A DNA stretch of 64,000 nucleotides from Methanobacteriota archaeon (GCA_016845345.1 JAERSV010000057.1:183-64182), one strand, 5' to 3'. Positions 27,848 to 37,850 are shown, counted from the stretch's first letter. The notes: generated by a model from the sequence alone, not told the origin. Program-made: numbers and translations.

Positions 27848-29080
27848 ATGGTAGAAGAGGTAGTCATAGTCGGCGGAGCGAGAACTCCATTTTGCGAGTG
27901 GCTTGGTGGCAAGCGGGGGGATGGAAAACCCGGTGGCCTATTGGCTGAGGTTTCAGCCGAGGATTTGGGTGCAACTGCTATCCGTGGCGCGCTAGAAAAA
28001 ACTGGCACTGACCCAAATGCAGTTGACCATGTGGTGATGGGCTACGCACTACAGACCTCAGACCAAGCAATTTTCGGTAGTAGACATGCAGGACTAAAGA
28101 GTGGAATACCCCAAGAAGTGCCAATGTTAACTCTCTCCAGAATATGTGGAAGTGGCGCTCAGTCTATCGTTAGCGGGGCACAAATGATAATGCTTGGTGA
28201 GGCAGAAGTTGTTGTTGCTGGTGGCATGGAGAACCTATCTCAAGCACCGCATGTTCTACGAGGAATGCGGGACACATACAAACTCGGGAGACCACCTCGC
28301 GAGGGGGATGAACTAGCCAAAGATATGGAGGATTATCTCTTCACAAACTTAGTTGACGGGACTTGCGGTTCCTTCATGGCTCAAACTAGTGATGAGTTGT
28401 GCTCACGAAAAGGCGTGGAGCGCAGTGAAGTTGATGAGTTCGCAGCACTTAGCCATCAGCGCACTGAAAAAAGTGTCAAAGAAGGTGTTTGGGCTGATGA
28501 GATTGTTGAAGTTGATACCCCCAACGGACCTGTGGGGGCTAAAGATGAGGACCATGTTGTTCTCGGAACAACTGTTGAAACATTATCAGGATTAAGAACA
28601 CACTTTGGTCCTAATTCCCTAGTGACTGCTGGAAATGCATCAGGTGTTGTTGATGGTGCGGCGGCTGTAGTCATCAAGTCAGCCAGCCGCGCGGAATCTG
28701 ATGGCGACGAGCCATTGGCTCGAATAGTATCATGGGGAATTGTTGGCTTGGAGCCAGCAATCATGGCCTATGGCCCAGTTCCGAGTAGTCGCAAGGCTTT
28801 GGAAAGAGCCGGAATGACTGTTGACGATATTGATTTGTGGGAAATCAACGAGGCTTTTGCTGGCCAAGCGGTTGCATGCATCAAAGAATTAGGTATTGAT
28901 GTTGAAAAAGTCAATGTCAATGGCGGAGCGGTTGGGCTTGGCCATCCTCTCGCTGCTACTGGAACCCGCCTCGTTCTCACACTCGCCCTTGAACTAAAGC
29001 TAAGAGGCGGTGGATTCGGCATCGCTACTGCCTGCATCGGCGGAGGGCAAGGGATTGCCCTCATTATCGAGTCAATTTGA
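27848..29080 (+). CDS. Acetyl-CoA C-acyltransferase (thiolase)
   Basis: CGSG nucleophile, GGMENLS, GNASGVVDGAAA, EINEAFA, NVNGGAVGLGHPLAATG, CIGGGQG. Confidence 0.95.
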   Translation: MVEEVVIVGGARTPFCEWLGGKRGDGKPGGLLAEVSAEDLGATAIRGALEKTGTDPNAVDHVVMGYALQTSDQAIFGSRHAGLKSGIPQEVPMLTLSRICGSGAQSIVSGAQMIMLGEAEVVVAGGMENLSQAPHVLRGMRDTYKLGRPPREGDELAKDMEDYLFTNLVDGTCGSFMAQTSDELCSRKGVERSEVDEFAALSHQRTEKSVKEGVWADEIVEVDTPNGPVGAKDEDHVVLGTTVETLSGLRTHFGPNSLVTAGNASGVVDGAAAVVIKSASRAESDGDEPLARIVSWGIVGLEPAIMAYGPVPSSRKALERAGMTVDDIDLWEINEAFAGQAVACIKELGIDVEKVNVNGGAVGLGHPLAATGTRLVLTLALELKLRGGGFGIATACIGGGQGIALIIESI

Positions 29081-29145
29081 CAGATTTGTGAATTTCACCC
29101 ATAGGAGGGGTTAATTACAAGCCACCTGCATAGAACTTTGATAGC

Positions 29146-29436
29146 ATGGTAGAACACGTAATAACAGAGCATATCGAGGGTGCCGGACACGCCGGAAAAA
29201 AACGTAGTTTCGTGAAAACCCTGACATGGAGGGCCATCGCCACGACGGATACCATCATTATTGCAAGAATCATAACTGGAAGTTGGTCTGTTGGGTTCGG
29301 GATTGCTGGAATTGAGGTGTTGACAAAGATGGTTTTGTACTATCTGCATGAGCGCGGTTGGAGCGCTTTGGATTGGGGTTTAGAAGACGTAGATGTCGAT
29401 TTAGATACTGTGATTAAGCAACAGCAGGTCAATTGA
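29146..29436 (+). CDS. DUF2061-family small membrane protein (copy 1)
   Basis: RSFVKTLTWR...TG...K..LYYLHER.W signature. Confidence 0.88.
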   Translation: MVEHVITEHIEGAGHAGKKRSFVKTLTWRAIATTDTIIIARIITGSWSVGFGIAGIEVLTKMVLYYLHERGWSALDWGLEDVDVDLDTVIKQQQVN

Positions 29437-29554
29437 GGTCTGTCTCAATGAAGGTGTTGAATTTGAAATCCGTAATTCGTGGACAACAAAATTAACCACC
29501 ACTTCACACAAAATCCTCCGTAAAATGGATATGCTCTATGCCAACCGGGCGGCC

Positions 29555-29776
29555 ATGAGCCGTTACACGACAAGTAGATTATTTGCTAAAACATTTCTTT
29601 GGAGAATTATAGCGACCTTAACTGGGGCTGCAGTAACTTTTGTCCTAACTGGGCAAGTCGAAACTGCTGGGAAATTCATACTTCTTGAGTTTCCGCTGAA
29701 AATGTTGTTCTATTATTTGCATGAAATTGGTTGGAATAATATTCATTGGGGAAAAATTCCTGTGAAATCAGAATGA
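29555..29776 (+). CDS. DUF2061-family small membrane protein (copy 2)
   Basis: AKTFLWRIIAT...TG...KMLFYYLHEIGW..I.WG; alternative start at 29525. Confidence 0.85.
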   Translation: MSRYTTSRLFAKTFLWRIIATLTGAAVTFVLTGQVETAGKFILLEFPLKMLFYYLHEIGWNNIHWGKIPVKSE

Positions 29777-29814
29777 ACAATTGATTCAATCAAGTCCCAA
29801 GGAATTCCATTTCT

Positions 29815-31263
29815 TTACAATTTTAGAGTCTCTGGACCACCAAGTGGTAACTCTGTTAGCGGCTCTAACGGGCCACGAAGAGCAGGCCCGGCTGATAATG
29901 TACCAATTATTGCTTCATCATTGTAGATATTGTGAGCCAATGCAATCCAAGGTCTGCCTTCATCATCAATTACAACATCGATGAAATCTCCAAAGCCGCC
30001 ACAGCGCACAGAACCACAATCTTCTGTCTCATCTAGATAATCCCATTTTTCATTGACTGCAACTGTGGTAATCAGAGGATTCTCAGCGTATGTATCTGTA
30101 ATCATGCCCATGTATCCAGACCACTCTGAATGATTTGATTCACCTATGTAGCCAAACACAACTCTTCCATCTGCACCACCGGCAATCGTTGGAAATCCAG
30201 TATAGTTCACACCCGGTGGAGCAACCATCAAAGGATTGCTCCAAGTCTCACCTTGGTCAGATGAAAACGAATAGTAAGGCAAATCATCTGTAGCAACCCA
30301 AAGTGCGTGAACGTTGCTCGCTTCATCGGTTCCAAGTGCTATTTCATGGCCGCGTGATTGATGTTGTGTGTCAATTGTATGCTCGCTCCAAGTGCGGCCG
30401 CCGTCTGTAGAGCGATATGCAGCAGGACCATCACAAGACGGGTTTCCGCGATAGATTGCACCATCATTTGCTCCAATTAAATGACCATGAAGACCAGCGC
30501 ATTGTGTAACGCCATTTGGCCAACCTGCTACTTGCCCTTCCCAAGTCATTCCACCATCAAGTGAGGTATCGCAAAAAGCACCAATTGGGCCTTGAGCCCC
30601 GGTGTTAATACAGAAAACATAGATTGTTTCATGGAAAAGTGGACCAGAAAAATCAGGGCCTGGCGGGACAGAAGCAATTGATTGGTGGTCTTGAGGTGTA
30701 TAAACTCCAGAAGCTGGGAAAGGTAAACTCCAACTTTCTCCTTCATTATCAGACCATTCAACAAACATTACCGCTAAGGCATGCATATCGAATTTCATGA
30801 TGCGGTCGGTCCACGGGTCAACGTAGACATACGGGTCATTAGAGTTGGCGACTTGACCTGTCGCACCTGACAAAAATGGTCCAACATCTTCCCAATTTTG
30901 ACCTTGGTCTTGGCTTCGAATAATGTGTGTACCCATGCCTAAACCGTTGTGATTAGTGAAGACAATTGTACCCGATGAAGTAATACCAATTGTTGGTTCA
31001 AAGGTGTCAAAACCAGTCCCATAGTAGGTACCTAAGGACCACATAGGAGTCATATTTGCTGACAAGTTCAGTTGGTCTGCTGACATCTCAAGCGCATTTG
31101 TCCAGTTTGAAAAATGATAGAATGTATTGTTTGCAATTGGTTGCTCAAAATCAAAAACAGATTCTTCCTTCTCAACGAGAGGTTCGTCTCTTCCAAAACA
31201 TCCTGACAGGGTTGGTGCGATCATCGTGAGGATGACTAACATCGCAAACGCACGTAGACGCAT
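29815..31263 (-). CDS. Secreted sialidase-like (BNR/Asp-box beta-propeller) lipoprotein
   Basis: Signal peptide with TLSGC lipobox; Asp-box-like repeats RSQDQGQNW, WSDNEGESW, TSLDGGMTW, RSTDGGRTW and FSSDQGETW. Confidence 0.85.
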   Translation of the reverse strand: MRLRAFAMLVILTMIAPTLSGCFGRDEPLVEKEESVFDFEQPIANNTFYHFSNWTNALEMSADQLNLSANMTPMWSLGTYYGTGFDTFEPTIGITSSGTIVFTNHNGLGMGTHIIRSQDQGQNWEDVGPFLSGATGQVANSNDPYVYVDPWTDRIMKFDMHALAVMFVEWSDNEGESWSLPFPASGVYTPQDHQSIASVPPGPDFSGPLFHETIYVFCINTGAQGPIGAFCDTSLDGGMTWEGQVAGWPNGVTQCAGLHGHLIGANDGAIYRGNPSCDGPAAYRSTDGGRTWSEHTIDTQHQSRGHEIALGTDEASNVHALWVATDDLPYYSFSSDQGETWSNPLMVAPPGVNYTGFPTIAGGADGRVVFGYIGESNHSEWSGYMGMITDTYAENPLITTVAVNEKWDYLDETEDCGSVRCGGFGDFIDVVIDDEGRPWIALAHNIYNDEAIIGTLSAGPALRGPLEPLTELPLGGPETLKL

Positions 31264-31376
31264 GGTGTGGCGAATGCCAACTCAACTTCAATCGTTTGGT
31301 GGCTCTATGTCAGGGGCTTTCAAGGGCAAATTAGCAAATCAAGGGCTTCAACCCGCGCACCAACATTGTCTGAAAA

Positions 31377-32786
31377 TTATTCTGAATTTTCTTTTTCCGA
31401 TACCGTTCCGAGATATTCTGGCAGGTCTACCCCTGCATTCGCAGCCACATCGTGGATTGGTGGTAGACTCTTCACTAGACTGCTGATAAAGTTAGAAGTT
31501 GAACTACCGTCTCCATCTCCACCTGAATCCCAAACTGTGATATTGTCAATCTTTAGATTCTTGATGGCTTCTACTTGTGCATCAACCATGGACTCAATCT
31601 TCTCAACCATTAGTAGAGTTGCCGCGGCCTTTGGGTCTCCTCCAGCACCTGCTACCAAACTCTTGTAACCGGTTGCTTTTGCTTCCAAAACTTTCTGCAC
31701 ACCTTCTGCTTCTGCGTTATACTTGGCGAGAATTGCATCTGCCTCACCCCGGGCAATACGGCGTTGGCGCTCAGCCTCGGCCTCTGCAGCGATTTCTATC
31801 TGGGTCTTAGCAATCTCTTCTCGCACAATTTCTTCTGCACGAAGTCTTTCTTGCTCAAGGTTATACTGAGCCTTTTGAACTTCCATTTCAGCGGTTCTTC
31901 TAGCAACTTCTGAACGACGCATTGCTTCTGCTTCTTTCTCTGCTAAACCAGCATTGTATTCTGCAATGTTTGCCTTGGAGGTGTTTTCCCCCTCAATAGC
32001 CAATGCTTCTTGGCCTTGAACGAAAATACGCTGGTCTGCTCTCGCAGCCTTCTTTCCCTTCTCAGCCTCTGCCTCATTCTCTGCAACTTGAATATCACGT
32101 GCACGGTTCGCTTCTGCTGAACCAATGGCACCATCACGGTCTGCTATGGCAACATCTGCCTTTGCCGCGTTTACCGCAGTAGCTGCTGCCTTCTTCCCAA
32201 TGCTGTCAATGTACTCTGAATCATCAGTAATATCAGTGATGTTCACATTGATTAGTTCCAAACCCAACTTGTGCAATTCATGGCCAACGTTTGTGCGGAT
32301 GGACTCAAGGAAGTTGTCACGGTCTTGGTTAATCTGTTCAATAGTGAGTGATGCAACCGTCAATCGAAGTTGACCAAAAATAATCTCAGATGCCATCTCT
32401 TCAATTTGGTCCTTATTCAAGTGAAGCAAACGCTCTGCAGCATTGTTCATGAGGATAGGGTCAGTACTGATTCCAACGGTAAAAGTTGAAGGCACGTGAA
32501 TACGAATATTCTGTAACGATAGTGCATTAGTCAGATTAATCTGAATCGTCATCGGTACAAGACTGAGTTTCTTGTAATCTTGAAACAGAGGCACAACAAA
32601 TGTAGCACCTCCATGAATACATCGTGAGGCTCTTGAGCCCTTCACCCGACCAAACACAACGAGGATTTCGTCAGATGCACACCGCTTGTAGCGTGTCACC
32701 AACATGATGAACATAAATGCCATCAAAATTAGAATTCCAAATATTATCATTACGCCCCATGCGCCTGCACCTGTGTGATCTGTCAT
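31377..32786 (-). CDS. Flotillin / SPFH-domain protein
   Basis: N-terminal TM, ILVVFG...GG.TFVVP, QLRLTVASLTIEQIN.DR, AE-rich coiled coil. Confidence 0.92.
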   Translation of the reverse strand: MTDHTGAGAWGVMIIFGILILMAFMFIMLVTRYKRCASDEILVVFGRVKGSRASRCIHGGATFVVPLFQDYKKLSLVPMTIQINLTNALSLQNIRIHVPSTFTVGISTDPILMNNAAERLLHLNKDQIEEMASEIIFGQLRLTVASLTIEQINQDRDNFLESIRTNVGHELHKLGLELINVNITDITDDSEYIDSIGKKAAATAVNAAKADVAIADRDGAIGSAEANRARDIQVAENEAEAEKGKKAARADQRIFVQGQEALAIEGENTSKANIAEYNAGLAEKEAEAMRRSEVARRTAEMEVQKAQYNLEQERLRAEEIVREEIAKTQIEIAAEAEAERQRRIARGEADAILAKYNAEAEGVQKVLEAKATGYKSLVAGAGGDPKAAATLLMVEKIESMVDAQVEAIKNLKIDNITVWDSGGDGDGSSTSNFISSLVKSLPPIHDVAANAGVDLPEYLGTVSEKENSE

Positions 32787-32793
32787 TTTTTCA

Positions 32794-33396
32794 CTACTCC
32801 TCTTCTGTTACTTCATTAATATCCAATGATTCAACAATCAATGTTGAACCTATTACATCAACGACTCGGATAAAATCGCCGCTATCCAAAAGTTGGGTTT
32901 TGTCTTTACTGCGTCCCTTTAGTGTGCGCAATGTCCCATCCACGGCAACAGATACTTGTCCTGTTTCATCTGGTTTAATTCGTGAATATACTTCACCGCG
33001 TTGGCCTATCGCATCCTCATACTTCATCGTCCCATCTACTTGAAGATCTGAAATCCCTTTGAGCATCAATCCAACACCATACATGGAAATCGTAGCCGCC
33101 AAGCCACCTGCAATTACCGCATATACTTCGGTATCAGTGGCCTTGATTGTGAACATTCCAACATATCCAAACATCATTATCGCTGCAGCTAAACCTTGGA
33201 TACTGAACAATTCAAAGGAAAGGTCAGAATCCATACTGAAATCTGTATCCAAAACAGAATCAAATACGCCGCCTACAATATCACCCAGCAGCATCAAAAC
33301 CATCAGAACTAGAAAGAATGCAGTTCCTAGAAATGCACTCATCAAAAAAATCAATTCAAGAGTTGATGGTGTAGATACACCAACAATTTCCATCAC
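32794..33396 (-). CDS. Short NfeD-family (OB-fold) membrane protein, flotillin partner
   Basis: Three TMs, then IGQRGEVY..I...GQV.V.V.G...G..V.VV.V.G..L.V OB-fold pattern. Confidence 0.85.
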   Translation of the reverse strand: MMEIVGVSTPSTLELIFLMSAFLGTAFFLVLMVLMLLGDIVGGVFDSVLDTDFSMDSDLSFELFSIQGLAAAIMMFGYVGMFTIKATDTEVYAVIAGGLAATISMYGVGLMLKGISDLQVDGTMKYEDAIGQRGEVYSRIKPDETGQVSVAVDGTLRTLKGRSKDKTQLLDSGDFIRVVDVIGSTLIVESLDINEVTEEE

Positions 33397-33459
33397 CCAA
33401 TCAACAATACCGATAAGACCACCCGCTACACCCTCAGTGCCACACTTAATGACACTTTC

Positions 33460-33681
33460 TCAGACTTTTTTTGATTGCAAATGTCGCTTCAACTTCATTT
33501 TCTCAAAAACCTGAATTATTGATAATGATGCACCTGCAATAATTGCTGATATGAACAAATTTATCCCTAAACTCCAACAAATCAAGAAAGCCCAAAAGGG
33601 CATCAGCAAAAGAAGAACCCGTTTCATGAATGGCCAAAGCCCACCTAACAATTCATCAGAACCATCGTCAAACATAGGCAC
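33460..33681 (-). CDS. Small hypothetical 2-TM protein
   Basis: 73 aa, two hydrophobic segments, basic tail; tightly spaced with neighbours. Confidence 0.6.
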   Translation of the reverse strand: MPMFDDGSDELLGGLWPFMKRVLLLLMPFWAFLICWSLGINLFISAIIAGASLSIIQVFEKMKLKRHLQSKKV

Positions 33682-33684
33682 AAC

Positions 33685-33990
33685 TCATAGAGCGATGGCG
33701 CCAAAAATCATGGCTACAATCCATATCGCGATTCCAATCCAAGTACCCTTTCCTTGTTTAGCCATTTGTTCTGGATGTACCTCTTTCTGTAATTTCTTCA
33801 TCGGGGTGAGTAATAAGTTTCGTTGCTCTTCCCTAAAAACAACGATTGCAATCATGACACAAGCGGCGCCAGAGGCGCCAATCAAAGTAGTTAACCAGCC
33901 ATCAAGGTCGTCCATCAATTTGATTGCTAAGAAAATCTGGGTGATTGACACAATGCCCCACATGAACGAGCCACGTTCTGCCGCTGCCAT
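33685..33990 (-). CDS. Small hypothetical 3-TM protein
   Basis: 101 aa, three hydrophobic segments. Confidence 0.65.
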   Translation of the reverse strand: MAAAERGSFMWGIVSITQIFLAIKLMDDLDGWLTTLIGASGAACVMIAIVVFREEQRNLLLTPMKKLQKEVHPEQMAKQGKGTWIGIAIWIVAMIFGAIAL

Positions 33991-34073
33991 GTACTGATGT
34001 GAGGCACCCCCCCCCTAATTCACCTTTACTAGAAAATGTGTCAACTATTACAAATTTTAGAGCAAAATTAGCA

Positions 34074-34808
34074 TTAACGACGCTGTCTCAGTGCTTCAAG
34101 GGCAACCACAGATACTGCAACTTGCAAATTGTATGATGGCACAAAACCAGTCATTGGCAGTCTGATAATATCATCAGCTGATTCCAATAACCATTGGGGA
34201 ACTCCATGTCTTTCGCTTCCAACAACGCAAAGGATATCTCCTGTTAAATCGCAATCCCATGGCTCCACTACGCCAACATCTTCGATTGCTAGAACTCTGA
34301 AACCGGCGGCTTTTGCGGCTGTTACCACCTCAGAAGACTCCAACCATAATGTTGGGATGAATCGGTGTGCGCGCACCGATTGCCGCTCAGCGGTACGTCT
34401 TTCATCGTGTGAAAATTCGCCATCAATTATTACCGCATCAGCGCCACTAATCTCAGCGGTCCGAACAGAAAACCCAGCATTTCCTGTGTAGGTGATCCCG
34501 TGTAGTAACCAAACAAGACCCCCTCTTGCTAGAACCTCTTCAAGTGAGCCATTTGGTGTACGACCAACTAGTGCTAGGGCCTCCGGAATATTTTGGCCAA
34601 CAACCACACCTACAGCCATGCGTGAGATGTCGTTATCCGAGACCTCAATCACCTCAACCCCGAGTGATGAAGCCTGAGCACATAGCGCACCCAAATCTTC
34701 TGAATCTGAATCGCGGCGAGCCAAAATTAGGTTGACAACTTCGCCGCCGTCAGCCATTTCTTGCAATGCAGTAGCCACCGCATCCAATCCAGTCCGCTGA
34801 TAGGTCAA
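34074..34808 (-). CDS. TrmH/SpoU-family SPOUT RNA methyltransferase
   Basis: GNAGFSVRTA...GA, VVGSERHGV, IRLPMTG.V.SYNL.VA. Confidence 0.9.
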   Translation of the reverse strand: MTYQRTGLDAVATALQEMADGGEVVNLILARRDSDSEDLGALCAQASSLGVEVIEVSDNDISRMAVGVVVGQNIPEALALVGRTPNGSLEEVLARGGLVWLLHGITYTGNAGFSVRTAEISGADAVIIDGEFSHDERRTAERQSVRAHRFIPTLWLESSEVVTAAKAAGFRVLAIEDVGVVEPWDCDLTGDILCVVGSERHGVPQWLLESADDIIRLPMTGFVPSYNLQVAVSVVALEALRQRR

Positions 34809-34839
34809 GTCCTCGCCTCAGATAATTTGCTATTACGGC

Positions 34840-36408
34840 TCAATTATCTTTATTATAGTCTGAAATCGATTCTGCTTGAACCTCAAGTTTCTTTGCTTGT
34901 AACTCATAATAAGCATTCTTCAATCCCAAATATTGATCCATTTGTTCATGATAAGCCGCTTTAGATTTTGCATATATTGGCCCTTCCCTAGCCTCTCGAT
35001 CGTATTTATACACCGCATAGGTACATACCGTTGCCATAAAAAATAATAGGGCTAAAACTGCTTGACCTGTTATAGAACCTGAATTAAAATCAGCGGGCAA
35101 TCCTTGAGAACTTCTAAAATCAAGTGAAGCAAGAGCAACTAAACTGTAGAATATAGCGGGCCAAAGAATAGTTGCCCAAATTAAAAAAAATCCTTCATAA
35201 AAAAATACTACCCTACCTCTTCTGCTTGGCCGCTTCGGCTTTGTAACTTGAAAATCATTCATCTCATCACCCTCAATGAACCCAGAAAGGCCATTTGCTG
35301 TAAATGATTCCATCGATAATCCATCAGAAATTGGTTCCATTGGAGATATGAATGTATCTGAATGATAAAATGAATTATTGGAAAGACTTGATTTAAACAA
35401 AGCTGGAATCCAAACAGAGAAGCAAAATGGTATTGCCACGATACTATCAATCATCAGATAAAATAAACCATCATAATTATCAGAAGCAGTAGTGACAAAT
35501 GCAACAATTGCTCTAGTGCCGATACTAACAACAACTGTTGCTACAGCCAACAAAGCAGCAGCTTTTTGTCGACCACTGAAATACATCAGAGATGAGAAAA
35601 ACAACATCAAAGATAAGGTTCCTGCTAAAGAAGTAACTTGTACCTCACTCATACCACCGTATGACCTAACAAATCTATTAGCAATAAAATCGTAAATGAA
35701 TCCAACATCCCAGCCAAAATCAAAACCCTTGTTTAAAATACACAGTGTAATGAAAAACATGCTCAAGCCAAAAATGAAATTGACATAATTGATAACTTTG
35801 AATGAATAATCTTTCTTTATTTTGATATTTTTCGGGGCGTCATGAACATACAATTGCTCAGACCCTTCAAATTGGACTGCAGGTGTATCTAGATCAACTT
35901 CCTCAAATGATTGACTCAACTCTTCAACCACTTCTTCTTGTACCTCAATGAGTTCATCAATATCTGGCGCAGGAGGGCTCTCATCCATAGGCTCTAAATC
36001 TTCAATCAGATGAGGTGTCCCATCTTCCATTTCTGGAATTTCTGTCCTATAATGCTCTAAAATACGTTCAATTAAATCATCTTTCTTTCCAGAAACTTTG
36101 AGGCCAAGAGACTTCAAATTATCTTTCAACTCAACCACAGATAGTGAACTCCAAGGGAAATTCAATGGATCTTTCATAGCCTTTGCTTTTTTCCGCTCCT
36201 CACGAGCAGCATCGTATTTCTCCTTTGATTTAGTAGTAAATTTTTTTGAACTTTCAGCGATGTCTTCAGCGCCCTTCTTCAAATCCTTTCCAAACTTCTT
36301 CAAGCCACGCTTCATTTTTTCCATTGTGTCTTCTTCTTCGGAAATGTAAACTGAATCATCTAACGGTAAATCATTTGAGTTATCAGACTCAACTTCATCA
36401 CCCGTCAT
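34840..36408 (-). CDS. Multi-TM hypothetical protein with cytoplasmic SAP domain
   Basis: LSVVELKDNLKSLGLKVSGKKDDLIERI (SAP), acidic linker, about 6 TM segments. Confidence 0.8.
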   Translation of the reverse strand: MTGDEVESDNSNDLPLDDSVYISEEEDTMEKMKRGLKKFGKDLKKGAEDIAESSKKFTTKSKEKYDAAREERKKAKAMKDPLNFPWSSLSVVELKDNLKSLGLKVSGKKDDLIERILEHYRTEIPEMEDGTPHLIEDLEPMDESPPAPDIDELIEVQEEVVEELSQSFEEVDLDTPAVQFEGSEQLYVHDAPKNIKIKKDYSFKVINYVNFIFGLSMFFITLCILNKGFDFGWDVGFIYDFIANRFVRSYGGMSEVQVTSLAGTLSLMLFFSSLMYFSGRQKAAALLAVATVVVSIGTRAIVAFVTTASDNYDGLFYLMIDSIVAIPFCFSVWIPALFKSSLSNNSFYHSDTFISPMEPISDGLSMESFTANGLSGFIEGDEMNDFQVTKPKRPSRRGRVVFFYEGFFLIWATILWPAIFYSLVALASLDFRSSQGLPADFNSGSITGQAVLALLFFMATVCTYAVYKYDREAREGPIYAKSKAAYHEQMDQYLGLKNAYYELQAKKLEVQAESISDYNKDN

Positions 36409-36440
36409 GTCAACTCGGTAGAGTTGCCCAATTAATGACT

Positions 36441-37748
36441 TTATCTCGGAAATATGGTGTTTCTTCGTAACGCAGCGAGCACCAAAGCACCCAGTAATAG
36501 GAGTACTTCAAACCCAGGTAATGGCCCACCCTCGTAACTTTCTGACCAATTATCATAGAACTTAACTTCAAGGTCTGAGGCGCTTGAACTGTTTGTCTTA
36601 ACTGAGTAAGCATCCCCAGCAGAAACAAAACCATCCTCGTCAGAATCTTGCCACTCAATCGCCCACCATGCACCTTCAGCGTCAGTCAAGTTTACCGAAC
36701 CATCACCAATGTTCATTGATAGAGAGTAGTTAAACTCCTCAGTTTCGCTATCCTCTGAGCCAATCCGTAGTTCAATGTCACCCACTAGCACCTCATGCTC
36801 ATGGCCACTATTTACTTCCCCTGAAAACTCAAAAATTGAATCGGGAATTTCGGATTCGTCAACCCCTTCATCACTATTATCGCCACAATCATCCCAATTG
36901 TCATTGACGTAACTCCATGGTACAGTATCATTATTGTCACAAGTGAATGTGCCCTCAATATCTCCTCTTTCAGTTTCTTCATCTAATTGGATATCCACTG
37001 ATGTCTTTGTATAGGTATCCTGCACATTTAATGCCGCATCATCTCCCCAAACAATTGACAATTTCATCGCTTGATTACCGTCATGAGAATTCACCTCTAA
37101 TTGGTGCAAGCGCGGTGGGAATTCAAGGAATTCAACCATGATGCTGTGTGTATCATTAGAAGATGTGGCTACCTGTTGAGTAGATGGCACATCTACCGTT
37201 ACAGTCCAAGTCATGTCTGATAGGTCCAAATCTAACACACCAAAATCAGGGGTTAAATCAGCTAGGCCATCACCACTACCATCCTCATCATCCTCAGATG
37301 CTAACTCAACAAATGGGTCGATGTATTCTGGCACCATATCACGCGCAAGAAACCACTGATTACCTACCATGATGTTGACATCTGTCGAAGCGCCTTGAAT
37401 CACTCTGTATTCAAGAGCCATCATTCCCGATTGAATTGCGAGCCCCGTATTTGATAATTGAGAAATATCATCCTTACCAATTGTAAATGTCATTTCCAAT
37501 AATTCACCATCTTCCAAATCCTTGGAATATAGTTCAATGGTAATTTTATCTTCAGCCTCAGCAATTGCAGTGATATTCATGTTTGTTTCATCACTAAGAT
37601 ATGCTTCCACCTCAGCACCAGACATTGCAGAAGCATCGCTACCACCGCCATCAATTACGATCCCGCCATCATCTATTCGCTGAGAATCAAGAATACACCC
37701 TGCAAAAAGAAGGTTCGCTGCGACAAGTAGCATTAACACTCTCTTCAT
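36441..37748 (-). CDS. Acidic cell-surface protein with lipobox-like N-terminus, LDL-receptor-A-like module and PGF-CTERM
   Basis: LLFAGC; CDNNDTVPWSYVNDNWDDCGDNSDE; C-terminal LPGF-TM-RR. Confidence 0.82.
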   Translation of the reverse strand: MKRVLMLLVAANLLFAGCILDSQRIDDGGIVIDGGGSDASAMSGAEVEAYLSDETNMNITAIAEAEDKITIELYSKDLEDGELLEMTFTIGKDDISQLSNTGLAIQSGMMALEYRVIQGASTDVNIMVGNQWFLARDMVPEYIDPFVELASEDDEDGSGDGLADLTPDFGVLDLDLSDMTWTVTVDVPSTQQVATSSNDTHSIMVEFLEFPPRLHQLEVNSHDGNQAMKLSIVWGDDAALNVQDTYTKTSVDIQLDEETERGDIEGTFTCDNNDTVPWSYVNDNWDDCGDNSDEGVDESEIPDSIFEFSGEVNSGHEHEVLVGDIELRIGSEDSETEEFNYSLSMNIGDGSVNLTDAEGAWWAIEWQDSDEDGFVSAGDAYSVKTNSSSASDLEVKFYDNWSESYEGGPLPGFEVLLLLGALVLAALRRNTIFPR

Positions 37749-37850
37749 GATTTTAAACGAGAAAGACCACCTTTTTCATACTTTAGCCTACAACGCCTCT
37801 AAAGACAAGAGAGCCAACGGCGGTGCGAAGCACATAGGGGGGTGTAGGGT

